Part shown: one piece after another, positions 33,108-46,000 of the stretch
Numbering within the stretch: position 1 is the stretch's first letter
How the letters are laid out: every line of letters begins with the position of its first letter
Source: Gracilinanus agilis
Taxonomy: Eukaryota
Assembly: GCF_016433145.1 (NCBI RefSeq)
Contig: NC_058131.1
Location: forward strand, 39,707,257-39,771,256
Direction of reading: 5' to 3'
Length of the DNA stretch: 64,000 nucleotides
Notes under the pieces: model-generated
Database searches by the model: none
Told to the model about the DNA's origin: nothing
What the model saw: the letters and a program-made list of their open reading frames with translations, nothing else
Made by a program: the position numbers and the translations under genes

Positions 33108-33740
33108 NNNNNNNNNNNNNNNNNNNNNNNNNNNNNNNNNNNNNNNNNNNNNNNNNNNNNNNNNNNNNNNNNNNNNNNNNNNNNNNNNNNNNNNNNNNNN
33201 NNNNNNNNNNNNNNNNNNNNNNNNNNNNNNNNNNNNNNNNNNNNNNNNNNNNNNNNNNNNNNNNNNNNNNNNNNNNNNNNNNNNNNNNNNNNNNNNNNNN
33301 NNNNNNNNNNNNNNNNNNNNNNNNNNNNNNNNNNNNNNNNNNNNNNNNNNNNNNNNNNNNNNNNNNNNNNNNNNNNNNNNNNNNNNNNNNNNNNNNNNNN
33401 NNNNNNNNNNNNNNNNNNNNNNNNNNNNNNNNNNNNNNNNNNNNNNNNNNNNNNNNNNNNNNNNNNNNNNNNNNNNNNNNNNNNNNNNNNNNNNNNNNNN
33501 NNNNNNNNNNNNNNNNNNNNNNNNNNNNNNNNNNNNNNNNNNNNNNNNNNNNNNNNNNNNNNNNNNNNNNNNNNNNNNNNNNNNNNNNNNNNNNNNNNNN
33601 NNNNNNNNNNNNNNNNNNNNNNNNNNNNNNNNNNNNNNNNNNNNNNNNNNNNNNNNNNNNNNNNNNNNNNNNNNNNNNNNNNNNNNNNNNNNNNNNNNNN
33701 NNNNNNNNNNNNNNNNNNNNNNNNNNNNNNNNNNNNNNNN
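33108..33740. other. Assembly gap (633 N) holding the 3' ends of both ADGRG3 and KATNB1
   Basis: N run; both genes stop at donor sites within 300 bp and 100 bp of it. Confidence 0.99.
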
Positions 33741-33836
33741 GGAGAGGGTGATCCTGCCTCCATGGCTTTCTCAAGGAGCCCCACCCAGGGGCAGCGGACC
33801 AGGTGCCTCCGGCTCCCCTCCTCTCCCACACCTCAC

Positions 33837-34024
33837 CTCTGGGGCTTGCTACAGGCTGTGGCCGGCCTCTCATAGCCTCGGCGGATGGTGGGACCAGTGA
33901 GTGTGGGCTGAGCCAGAGGCCTGCTGTCCTGCACTGGGTCCTGCACAACTGTCCCAGACCTCGTGACCCGGTTCAGATCCACCACGTAAGAGGAAACATT
34001 GCTTTGGGCAAAGGAAACCCCGAT
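33837..34024 (-). CDS. KATNB1: KATNB1 coding exon 10
   Basis: cctag|ATC..AG|gtgagg; [53 protein letters not shown]. Confidence 0.95.
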
Positions 34025-37000
34025 CTAGGCTCAAAGAAACCCGGAATGTTAGCACCAGCAGGCCCTCGTCCCAGCCCAGCCTTCCCCTCTCATGACAGAC
34101 GCTTGGTGGGGGAGCCCCTCGCCTCGAGCAAGGCCTTCTCCATGGCCACCGTTAATATTCATCCTGATGGCACTTTCAGATTTGCCCAGCGAGGGGCAGT
34201 CAGTGCTTGTGTCCAAGGGATCAGCGGTCCGAGGCCTTCGTGGAGGCCTCCCGGGAAAGCCCCGCCGACGCTGCCTCCCTCACTCCCATCTCGCCACAAA
34301 GTTGACCAAAAAGGCAAACAGTAGACATCGGCCCATTGGGCCCTGCTGCGCTCAGCCTGGCTGCTCTGGAAAGCCACTGGGCCCGGCCCCATTTCTGCCA
34401 TTCTCACGACACTGAAAACCTCAAGACTCAGATCAGAGTCACGACTGAAACTCGGTATCAGCACAAGTTCCTGCCCCTGGCAAGGAGGTGCCGGGCCCCA
34501 GGCAGTGGCTGGGGGCAGTGCAGGAATGTTTTGCCAAACTAGGCATATTTGCTACAAGAGTTGGCTTTTTCTCTTCCAATAAGTGGAAAAAGTAGGAGTA
34601 AAAGGAAACAAATTTTTAATTTTAAAAAAGTTACAGTTAGTCTTTTTTTTGTTTTGTTTTGTTTTTATATTTTTAAACCCTTAACTTCTGTGTATTAGTT
34701 CCTTGGTGGAAGAGTGGTAAGGGTAGGCAATGGGGGTTCAGTGACTTGCCCAGGGTCACACAGCTGGGAAGTGGCTGAGGTCGAATTTGAACCTAGAACC
34801 TCCCGTCTCTAGGCCTGGCTCTCAATCCACTGAGCTACCCAGCTGCCCCTACAGTTAGTCTTTTTAAAATTTAAAAACTTTGCCTACTGTCTTAGTGACA
34901 AAAGAGCAGGTAGGGCCAGGCAATGGGGGTGAAGTGACTTTTCCAGGGTCACACAGCTATAAAGCACTAAACATTTGAACTCAGGGTTTCCAGACTCCAG
35001 GCTTACATTCAATCCCACTGTGCTACCCAGCTACCCCACATTTAAACTTTAAAAAACATACAAAAGGAGAGGAGGGCTGAATTTGGTGATGTCTAAAGAT
35101 GGTATCTATTGCTTAAATTTCATTAACCAGTCCTGATTGTGAAAAACAATCAATGCATGGTGGTGACTCAGTGACCCTTATGGCAACACTGGTGAAGGCG
35201 GGGCACGTGTGCAGAGCTGGCACAGGGGGAGCTGCTCGTTCTCCCTATTCCCAGAGCCCAAGGACATTTTTGGCACGCTCCACCGGTGTCCAGTGGCCCA
35301 AAGCAAGCACTTTCTCCCTCAGCTCTCTCCCGTAATCCAGGGGCTCATAGACAGCTTGAATTTGCCCTCTGGGCACTCGAACTCAGAAAAGGTTCACCAG
35401 CGCTGCCCTATGGGGAGGGCACACCTGGCCAGAGGAAGAGAGGGGCCCTCAGGCTGTGCTCACCAGCTGGTTGTTGCAGGTGGTCAGGTCGGCCACCTTG
35501 CCCCAGTTCACCAGGACCACGTCGAAGCAGCGCTCAGGCTCCCAGCCATACACCCGAAGAGAGTCTTGACAGCCACTGTATAAGCAGCAGCCATCAGGGT
35601 TGAACAGGATACTCCTGGAGTGGACATGGAGTTAAGAAGGGATTAACCAGGAGCCTTTAGGAAACCCATCCCAACCCTAGGGAAGTCCTGTGCCTGGCTG
35701 GAGCCCAAAGACCTTGAAGTCCTGGGACTCTGGGGTCCATCTCATCAGCCTGGGACTCTGGGGTCCATCTCATCAGACTCAGCCCGTGGGGACAGCAGGG
35801 ACTAAAGGACCCAGGGGTCCTGACTCCTGAATGTCTACCTGACAGGCCCAGGCTCCCCTTCGATGCAGCTGACCACTTGGAACTTCTCCAGATCCCAGAA
35901 GCGGATTGTCCTGCAAAAGGCAATAGTCCCAAGGAAATAGGCAGGCCTATCCCTTCCTCCCCACACTGACCTGGGCCTCTGGCTCCTGAAGAACTCCTGA
36001 GCAGAAGCGAATCATGGGGCCCCAGACTGTCCCAGAATATCTGTGCAGGGATGTTACCAGAGACAGCAGAATAGGGGCCCTGGAGCCAGCCATAGCTACA
36101 GAGAGAAGAGATTTCCTCTTCCTGGCTGGCTGAACAAATGAAGGTAAAAACATTTATTAAGTGCCCACAGACAGGTAGAGCACTGGTCAAAAACAAAGAG
36201 AAAAACCAGATGTAAATGAGTGAGATCTGTGGATCTCCCCAACTTGGGGAAGACCTACTCCAAGTGCTGAGGCTGGCCACACACATGCCCTTTCACTGGG
36301 ACCCCTCTGTACAGCCCTGGCACGCAGAAGGAGTCCCTGTTCTTCTACTCCAAAGTGTGCCCTGAATTCTCAATGGAAAGGGGCCAAAATGCTTTAAGCT
36401 GTATGACTGTCCCTGGGCTGTGCTTGCCAAGGTTGGGCTGATGGAGGACAATCAGGCTGCTGATTCGGCTGGCCTGTGGCCCCCAGCGAAGGGCTTGGGG
36501 CAGGGACAGCTCTCTGGCCTTACCCTCATCTTCCTCTCTTACCTGTCCGAGCTGCCAGAAGCCAGGAGGTACTCATTGGGGTGAAACTCCACCACGCTGA
36601 CGGGCCCCGTGTGTCCTAAGAACTCAGACATCATCTTCCCAGCAGTCAGATCCCAAAGCTGGGGAGGCAAGAGAGCCAGGCCTGAGGTCTGAACTCCCCA
36701 GCTCTAGGGCTTCTTCAGCTACTTTCTAATTGTTTCTAGGCTGGCCTGAGGCCTGAGGGCAGAACCCTGAAAGGAGTTCTGGTGGGTCATTTGTCCCACA
36801 GAACACTGGCTTCTGACTTGGTGAGGTTCCTTTATTCCCTCCCAACTTCCACTTCTGATAGGCCCGGGAGAGGCTCCACTGGGCCTGGGGTGTGGAGGGG
36901 GGCAGGGAAGATTCTCTCCTTCCAATACTAATCCCAGGCAGGAAAGTAGGCCCAGGCCCAGGCCAGCCAAGACTCTACCTTTACGCTGTGGTCATCTGCA

Positions 37001-40000
37001 GCGGACGCTAACCACTTCCCATCGGGGCTAAACCGAAGACACCTCACAGCCTGAGTGTGGCCCTGAAAGAGAAGTGACAGCACCGTTTCTGCGGAGCAGG
37101 CGGGCCTGGCCGGCGAGGAGCTGCCACACTCCGCTCCTTCCAGGGCTCCAGCAAGGCCAGGCATGATGGCAGCACACCGAGGTGGGATCTTCACTTCCCA
37201 TCTGTGATGTTGTGAGGATACAAATGGTCAGAGCTGCGGAATGACCGGCTAGGTGGGGTGACAGTGAGAAATCAAGAATGCCAGTAAGGCCGCCAATCTA
37301 GGAGACCAGAAAACACAAAGACGGCTGTGCCATTGGCAGAAAGTGGGGAAGTCAGAAAGAGTGGGAGAAGCATGAGCAGCTCAGTTTGGGCCCAGGTTGG
37401 GGGGTGGTTGGGACATCTGCTATGGCACGTTCAATAGGCAGCTGGTGAGGCAGGCAGGAAGCTCAGGGGAGAGGGTGAGCCTCGGACAGACAGACAGACA
37501 TGTGCGTCACCTGCCTAGAGACCATAATGAAACCCGGGGGAGCTACTGAAGTCACCGTGTAGAGGGAGAAGACGCCTGAGGACAGGGCTTTGGGGAACAC
37601 CCACAGCTGGGGCTGGGGGTTGGTATCAGGAGAGAAAAGAGCATCACAGACTCAGAGATGAGAAAGCACACAGGAAGGGATGGCTAACAGTGTCAAATGC
37701 AGCAGAGGCCAAGAAAGGGGAGGCCTGAGAAGTTCTGCCCACTGCGCAGGAGCCAGGCTGAGGACTGAAGAGGGAGAGGAAGCAGAGGGAGTAGGTCACA
37801 GAATGGGTTTTAAAAATGGGGGAACCTGGGCATGTTTGAAGTCAGAGGCAGTGAGGCTGAAGCTCTGGAAAGGGGGTGGGAGGGTGGGAAATGACTCAGG
37901 TAATCTCCTGGAGAAGCCAGGTCAGGATGGGATCAAGGGCCCAGGCAGAGGAATGGGCCTGGGCATGGAGAAGCTTTACCTTATTATCAGAGTGGGAGGA
38001 AAATAAGAAAGAAGATGACATCAAGAAGCGGAAGAGGAGAGGAAGAGAGGGAATGTTTTCATGCAACAGTCTCAGATTTCTCAGGAGAGAGTGGGGGCAG
38101 TCGGACTTTGGAGAGGTTTGGGGAGAGAAGACAGAGCCTGGAATAGCCTCTTTGGGGAGTGAGTCTGGGAATCAACTCAAGAGGAATAAAAGGATTGCCA
38201 AGCTGCAGGGAGGGCCCAGGGGAAGCAGAGAGCAGATTGCCTGTCCTCAGGCAGCAGTTATGTGGCTTCCTCCAGGGCTGCTCAGCAGATGTGAATAGGA
38301 AAGGCAGAGGTAGATACTGAGAACCATCTAGGGCTGCTGGACAAGGGATCAAGATCTGAAAAGAGTGGAAATACTGAACTGGTTAGAGTTTGGAGAAGTA
38401 CCACCAGGGGGAGGATGGCAAAGAAGGGCTCAAGGGCCACCCTGGGCTTGGATGCCCTTTTCCCCCCGACCAGACTGCCCATTCTCCTTGTGTGTCCCTT
38501 AAAGACAGCACAATTCTCTCTGTGTCTCTCAGTTCATGACAACCTCTTACCTTATACCGGAACACACAGCCTTTTCTCCGTATGTCCCAGAGCTGTGGAG
38601 AAGAGAACCAGAGGAGAGGGGTCAGCAGGGCAAGACAGTGAAGGCTTCACCAGCACAGTGAGCAGCTCAGGAAGATGCAGCAATAACAGTATCTGGGAGC
38701 GGACTGAGCCTGGGCTGTAGCTCAGAAACAAGTTCTGAAGTCAGAGTTTCTCCACCTCCTCCATAATCAGCAGCCAGAGAGACAACTAGCCGGACCAGGA
38801 CCCTCCGTCCCAAATTCAGTCTGAAATTCAGAGCTGACCAATCCAGCTAACAGCTGTGCTATCCCATTTACATTCTAAGTTTGAGAGCTGGCACCCCGAG
38901 TATGGATCAGAAACAGGAGAAGGGCCCCTCACCTGGGAAGCACTCCTTCACCACATCCCAAACACACGTGAATGTGCATGGAGTGCCTCAGTTCCTGAAG
39001 CGCTAGGGGAATATCCAAAGGGCCACGTTTTGGAGAGGCTTTTTACCTTGATGTTTGTATCCTGAGACCCAGAGGCTACAAATTCTCCATAGGGATGGAA
39101 GTCCAGGCTGCAGATGTTGGCTTTGTGTCCCATTAAAGTACGAAGAACTGCCAAGGGAAGAAACAAAAGGATCAGGATGACCTGGTGTTTGCTTGACAGA
39201 AGGGTGGCTCCTGCTGCTGCAATACAAGTCACTAACAAATGAAAACAGGCATGTGCAGGTCAGTCCCACTGCCCCCTCCTACCCCAGAGATCCTAGGTAA
39301 GACTCACCTTTACATATATCCCCACTCTCCCAGGAGAAGACTCATATTTTTCAGGGTTCTACTTCTAGTCTGAGGCTTTGTAGGAGATAGAAGAGACTAT
39401 AAGAGCGCCAAAAAGGTGGGGCCAGAACCCTTAAGACTCTCAGCCTTGGGGTTCTTCCCAACGACCTGCTTCCCTGTTTACTCAAGGGGAAGTTATTTTA
39501 GCAACTTTTAAGGAAACTTCATTCGTTTTAAGTATAGAATAAATGAGCCTAGGCATCAAGACAAGTCAGTCAATAGCCATAAGAGTAAGTCCCTGATCCT
39601 TTGGGCTATCTCTACACTCTTTATTCTTCTCAATTGTGTTTTTATCTTTTGAGAATTAACATTCAATTATAAAGCAAGAAGTAGAATGGTGGATCAATGG
39701 AATAGATTAGGGATAAATGACCTTAGCACCCTAGTATTTGATAAACCCAAAGATCCCAGCTTTGGGGATAATAACTCACTATTTTACAAAAACTGCTGGG
39801 AAAATGGGAAAACAATATGGCAAAAATGAGGTATAGATCAACATTTTACACACTCTAAACCAAGATAAGGTCAAACTGGGTATATAATTTACACATAAAA
39901 GGTGAAAAAATATAAGTAAATTAAGGGAACATAGAATAGTTTTGTCAGATCTATGGAGAAGGGAAGAATTTATGATCAAGCAAGAGATGGAGATCATTAC

Positions 40001-43000
40001 AAGATGTAAAATGAATACTTTTGACCATATTAAATTTAAAAGTGTTTTTGTAAAAACAAAACCAATTTAACCAAGATTACAAAGGAAACAACTAGGAAAA
40101 ATTTTTTATTACAAATTTCTCAGATAAAGGTCTCATTTCTCAAATATATAAAGAACTAAGTCAAATTTACAAGAATCCAAGTCATTCTCCAACTGACAAA
40201 TGGTCAAAGGATATGAACAAGCAGTTTTCAGATGAAGAAATCAAAGCCATCAAAAGCCATATGAAAAAATGTTCTAAATCACTCTTGATTAGAGAAATGC
40301 AATTAAAACAACTCTGAGGTACCGCTTCACACCTATCAGATTGGCCAATATGACAGTAAAGTGATAAATGTTAGAGGGGATGTGGCAAAAATTGGGACAC
40401 TAATATATCGCTGGTAGAGTTGTGAACTGATCCAACCATTTTGGAGGGCAAATTCAAACAATGCCCAAAGGGCTATAAAACTATGCATAACCAATGCATA
40501 ACCTTTCATCCAGTAATACTACTGCTAGGTCTGTATCCCAAAGAAATAAAAAAAGGGGAAAGGACCTACTTGTACAAAAATATTTATAGCTGCTCTTTTT
40601 GTGGCGGCAAAAAATTGGAAATTGAAGAGATGTCTATCAAATTAGGGAATGGCTGAACAAACTGTGGTTTATGATGGTGAATGTGCAATTAGAAAATCTC
40701 AAATCCTTGGACTTCATCTCCCAGAATTCTTTTCCCTTTTTCCACGGTTGAGTTCTTATGTGTATATTTAAGTTCTGCAACCCTGCCCTCTCGCTCTCTT
40801 CTTGTGACCAAGGCTGGGTTAGCTCGCTCTTTATTTTACCTTTTTATTTTCCTTTACTTCAAGTTATTATTAATAAATCTTATTAAATATAATACTTGGA
40901 GATAGTGTATATTAATTTTTCAGCTTACATTATGGAATACTATTGTGTTGTAAGGAATGATAAACTGAATGATTTCAGAAAGAGTTGGAAAGACCTACAT
41001 GAACTGAGGCAGAGTGAAATAAGCAGAACACTGATCACAGTAACAGCAATATTGTGGATCAAATGTGAAAGACTTAGCTACTCTCAGCAATTCAATGACC
41101 CAAAACATCCTACAGAGAAAGAATTGTTGGAGTCAGAACACAGATGAAAGTCTGGGATTTTTCACTTGTTTACTTGGGTTTGGGTTTTATATGATTATTC
41201 ATTTATAAAAATGAACAATATGGAAATATGTCTTGCATGAAAATACATGTATAACCCGGATTGAATCCCTTGCCAGCTCTGAGGGGGAGGGAAGGGAGGA
41301 AAGGAGACAATTTGGGTCATCTAACTTCAGAAAATGAAATTTGTTATTACATGTAATTAGTAATAAATGAGTAAATAAATAACCACAGGGGAAAAATTAA
41401 CATTCAGCTTTCTGAAAGAAAACCCATCTGCCTCAGGATGGTAGACATAGGAGAAGTTTGGACAACATCAGATTTCTCTTCTCTTCCCATCATCCTTTTG
41501 TTAAGCTGCCAATAAAATCTTATCATGTTGATCTCAATATATGCTTTGCTTGGCATCAAATAAAAAGTTTTCTGAAGGGTGTCAATGCACCCAAAACAGA
41601 GACGCACCCTTAATAAAAAAGCAGCTGTCCAATCTCCAGGGATCCTCTGGCCTTGGGCAGGAAGGATCATTCTTCGCCTGATAAGGAGTGGCCCGGGCCC
41701 CCCTTTGTGGGAGGGTTTCATGGAATGCCACACGGATTTCCAAAGGGATCTATTCAGACTCCCTAAGACTACGGCTATATCAAGAGGGCTGCCCGTAGCA
41801 CCCACTGAGACTCCCTGGCCAATAGGAGAGGAGCTGGCACATCAGCTTTCCTCCACTCTCATTCCTCATCCTTGTGGTTTTTACTCTTCACCTTCCCTCA
41901 GTTCACTGCCAGAACAAGAGGGTCACCTAACCTGTTTATAAGGGGCTTGCTGGACCTGTCGATATAATCATGGGTTTGCATTAGGCATTCCATTCACTAT
42001 GGGCAATTTCTGCCATCTTTGAGTTTGGTCTTCTCTGCCACGAGGAGGAGAATGTTTATCTTACAAATGGAGAATGGTAAGTGCAGCCTAAGAAAGCACC
42101 ATTGTGGGGAAATTAATTCAAGTTTAAAGTATTTCACACAACTAAAAATGCATTTCTTCTGCTGTGGTTTTTCAAGCATCTGCTGCACACACTCTGACTT
42201 TGAATCAAGAGAAAGGCTTCCGAGGTCCTTTAGCTTTTCCACAACTCACACAGTTGCTTGCTCGACTCCAAATGGGATGATCTGAAGCTGGATCCATAGG
42301 CCTTGGCCATCATTAGGGAAAAGAGACCAAATGAAGGTCCTGGTCCTCATTTCTTCCATGGCCCCTGGGAACTGCTAGTCTTCCCTCTGAGATCATGTCT
42401 CAATTATTCAGTAAATGCCTTGACTGTACATAGCTGTTTGCCAGGGGTCTTCTCACACTAGAATGGGAGTTCCTGGAGGGCAGAAACAGAGTTTTTGCCT
42501 TCCTTTGAGCCCATCGTGAGTGCTTAGCACAGTGCCTGGTGCGCAGAAAACATTCATAAAGGACTCTTTGACTGCCTCACTCACTTGCCAGTGGGCTTCC
42601 AAAGAATTTGTTCCCACAGCATAGAATGTGTTTGTCCCCAGTGGATTTAGGCCTGGGGGAATGGAATGGGAGTAGAATCCAAGTGGCCTAACCTTTCCTG
42701 ACTGTTCACTCAGAAGAAATTGTTCTTATTACGAGAATTATGCTTTTTACAACTTTACAGGGCATTTTGACCCACATTGTCTCCTTTGATCCTCAACAAG
42801 ACCTTGTGATAGCTCACAGAAGGTAAAAGCAGAGAGACTATTATTCCCACTTTGCAGATGAAGAGGTCTTTAAGACTCCAACTAAGACCACCCAAGTAGT
42901 CAGAAGAGCAGGAGGTGGAAAGTGGGGCCCCTTCTGGTTCCTGTACTTTGTGCCCCCAGGCCATCTAGCTCTTTGACAAGCCTGCCCCTGGGCTCTGGCT

Positions 43001-46000
43001 CCTTCTCTTTCCATTATTTCCTAAAACAAAAACCAGCCCCAACATTTCCACCCACTGACATCTCCCCCACCCCTAGTGTCCTGTCTGTCTAGTGCTGTGG
43101 GCTGGCCTGGCGCTCAATTCTCTGGCTCTGACTGACATGCTGGTGCTGTTGGCGGAGGACCAGTGGTACACAAACTGCTCCCTAGCCCTCGCCTCTCCTA
43201 TATGACTCCATGGACCAGTTCTGTGGCACTTCCTCTTAACGGTAATTCCACAGAAGCCTAAGTAAGCAGACTCCAGCAGTGTTGTCCCTCCTGATGCAAT
43301 GGGTTGGGGCAGAGCAGCAAGACCAGTCGGTTGGGATGCTCTCGGCTTGACAATCATCTTTTATCCTTGCCATCTAATGGGTGTTTCTAATAATCAAGGA
43401 ATTAAGCCATCTAAGAAGCTCTTGATTCTTGAGCAAGAGCAAATTTTCAAAAAGTAATGAGACCTAGGGGGCAGCTGGGTAGCTCAGTGGAGTGAGAGTC
43501 AGGCCTAGAGACAGGAGGTCCTAGGTTCAAACCCGGCCTCAGACACTTTCCAGCTGTGTGACCCTGGGCAAGTCACTTGACCCCCATTGCCCACCCTTAC
43601 CACTCTTCCACCTATGAGACAATACACCAAAAAGTACAAGGGTTTAAAAAAAAAAAAAGTAATGAGACCTAATTAGTGCCCTATGTTCAGCAATCCTGGC
43701 TGCTGCAGTGGCAAACAGAAGAGGACATGTGGCCAAAGACACACAGGGCAGCTTCCATGTTGGACTGCTAGAAGGGAAGCCAATGAAGCCTATGCTCCTG
43801 CTCCTTACCAGCCTTCTCTTCCCCTCCATTCTCTTTTCCCTTCAATTTAAATCAATATTTGTTGAGCACCTATTAAGAGCAAAGCACTGAGCTACACTAT
43901 GGGGTTTAAAAGATGAATAAGACGAGGTTCCTGCAGCACTTACAAGCTAGTAGGAGGAATAAGACTGAGACACAGAGAACCATAGGACAGTGGAAGAAGA
44001 GATAAATATGGGGCAGCAAGGTGGCTCAGTGGAGAGTCAGGCCTGGAGATAGGAGGTCCCAGGTTCTAATCTGACCTCAGACACTTCCTAGCTGTGTGAC
44101 CCTGAACAAGTTATTTAACTCCAAATGTCCTTCATATAGAGCTCTTACCACTCTTCTGCCTTGGAACTGATACTTCAGATTGAAGCTATGTCACTAGAGC
44201 TTTATAAATCCAGTATTACAAGAGGGCAAGGAAAAGAGAGATCCCTTCTGGTTGGGGAGGAAAGGAGATGACCAAATATCATAAGGGTGTGGCATTTGGG
44301 CTGAGCCTTTGATAGGATTCTGGTGGGGCAAATGGTATTCCAGAAAGAAGGACAGCACTTACTGTGTGTCAGACACTGTGCTATGTATGGGACTGGCAAT
44401 GGGTGAGCAGGGCATCAACTAACGTGCTGCTAAAATCTGCATGCCATATTTGGTGTATGTGCACCAGCTTGTCAGCACCTGTCCTGGCTTCCTGGCCTTG
44501 GTCAGGGGATCCAGCTCCATGAGGATGCTGGATCTTCAGTGGGAACATAAAGACAAAAATAAGGGATAATAAGCAAGAAACCAAACCTACTTTTGGCAGC
44601 TTCCAGGTCCCAAACGCGGATGGAGCCTGACTGGGATCCAGCCACGATGAGCTCCTCGGGGGTGTTGAGTCGAACGCTCTCCACAGGGGATGTATGGCCA
44701 GTTAAGCTCTGTGGACAAAAGACAAGTGACCTAGTGGAGCAGCACTCCTTAGAGATGGGCTGGTGTCTGCACCCCAAAACCTCTTTGTCTTCGTGGAAAT
44801 ATGAAAATTGAGCAGAAACAGTGTTGGACTGAGAACACGGGGACTTGAGTTCTAATTCAGGCTTTGTTGCTGACTTGCTGGGGAAATCACTTGTCCTTGC
44901 CTCAGTTTCCCCAACTCTAACGAGATGATGCTATCATTTTAAGTGATTTGATTCAGTTGCCCTCATCTATCATTTTTCTTCTCCCAAATGACCCTTTCAG
45001 TCAAAATCACCAACACAGACCCTTTTCCTTCTCCATGCTCCATTCATACATGCGCACACACATACCCCCTTGGAAAAAACCAATTAGGGCCCAAGTGCAG
45101 ATTTTCAGAATGATGGCCCCTCAGCACACAGCATACCCCCAGAGCCAACACACCTATGGAGTGGAATGAACGCTGCTGCAACATGTAGATTCCCTTTGAT
45201 ATTACCTGATCCCTGGGATGCTGCTACCATCCTAACTGCAGCGGCCAGCTCTGCCATGCTCCCCAGGGGCTCAGCTTAGCACAGAGATTGTAAGAAGGTC
45301 CTGCTTGGGAGATGAGGAGACTCTCACATAGGTCAGAGCAGGCAGGAGCCGTCACAATAAAGACCCCAGAAGAGATCAAGGTGGGTGGGTGGGGGCTCAA
45401 ATTTACAAAGGCAGAGAAGACCTGGCAGGGGCAGAGGTGGGCAACCCCGTCTCTGTCCCAAGGACTGTGTTGAGAGGCATAGTCATCGACTCTCACCAGA
45501 CTAGATAAGTCATCAGAGCTTCCCTGAAGGATGATGCATTTCCTGGGGGACAGTTCTTGGCTAAGTCACCTAAAGGGCAAACACCGAATCTGATCTTGTG
45601 CACAGGCCCTGGTGTCTATAGTTTCTCAAATGCTACAATGACAAAGTTCCCATTAAGAATGCCACCTCCTACTGTGCCTATTCCAAATGGAGCTCAGCTG
45701 AGTCTGTTTATTCCCCAGGATGAGAGAAATAGCTCTAAGAGCAGTCAGATCCTTTGCTCATCAGGCCTTTCCCAAACAGAGATACTGATCCTCTTAGTTA
45801 GCTTCAGTACTTCTATTCTGCCCTCTAGTCTGACTCTGCCTTTCCCAAGATCAGATTTTAGAGCTGGAAGGAACCTCAAAAGTCATTCAGCCCAACCCTT
45901 CATTTTACAGATGAGGAAACTGAGGCATTGGGAGGCTAAATAATGTTTCCAAGGTTGCATAAGTTGTAAACAGCAGAGGCAAGAGTCACATCCAAGGGGG

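Noticed and set aside
32852-33948. The longest ORFs in the track (232-331 aa), and similar ones at 50-442, 2189-2726, 7212-7432 and 51475-52423
   Set aside because: They are made mostly of X residues from N gaps, so they are artefacts.
35657-36286. 209-aa minus-strand ORF, and the 101-173 aa ORFs at 33803-34464
   Set aside because: They span KATNB1 introns and exons in other frames within a GC-rich zone where stops are rare, and the 209-aa ORF includes the 28-bp duplication. No recognisable homology.
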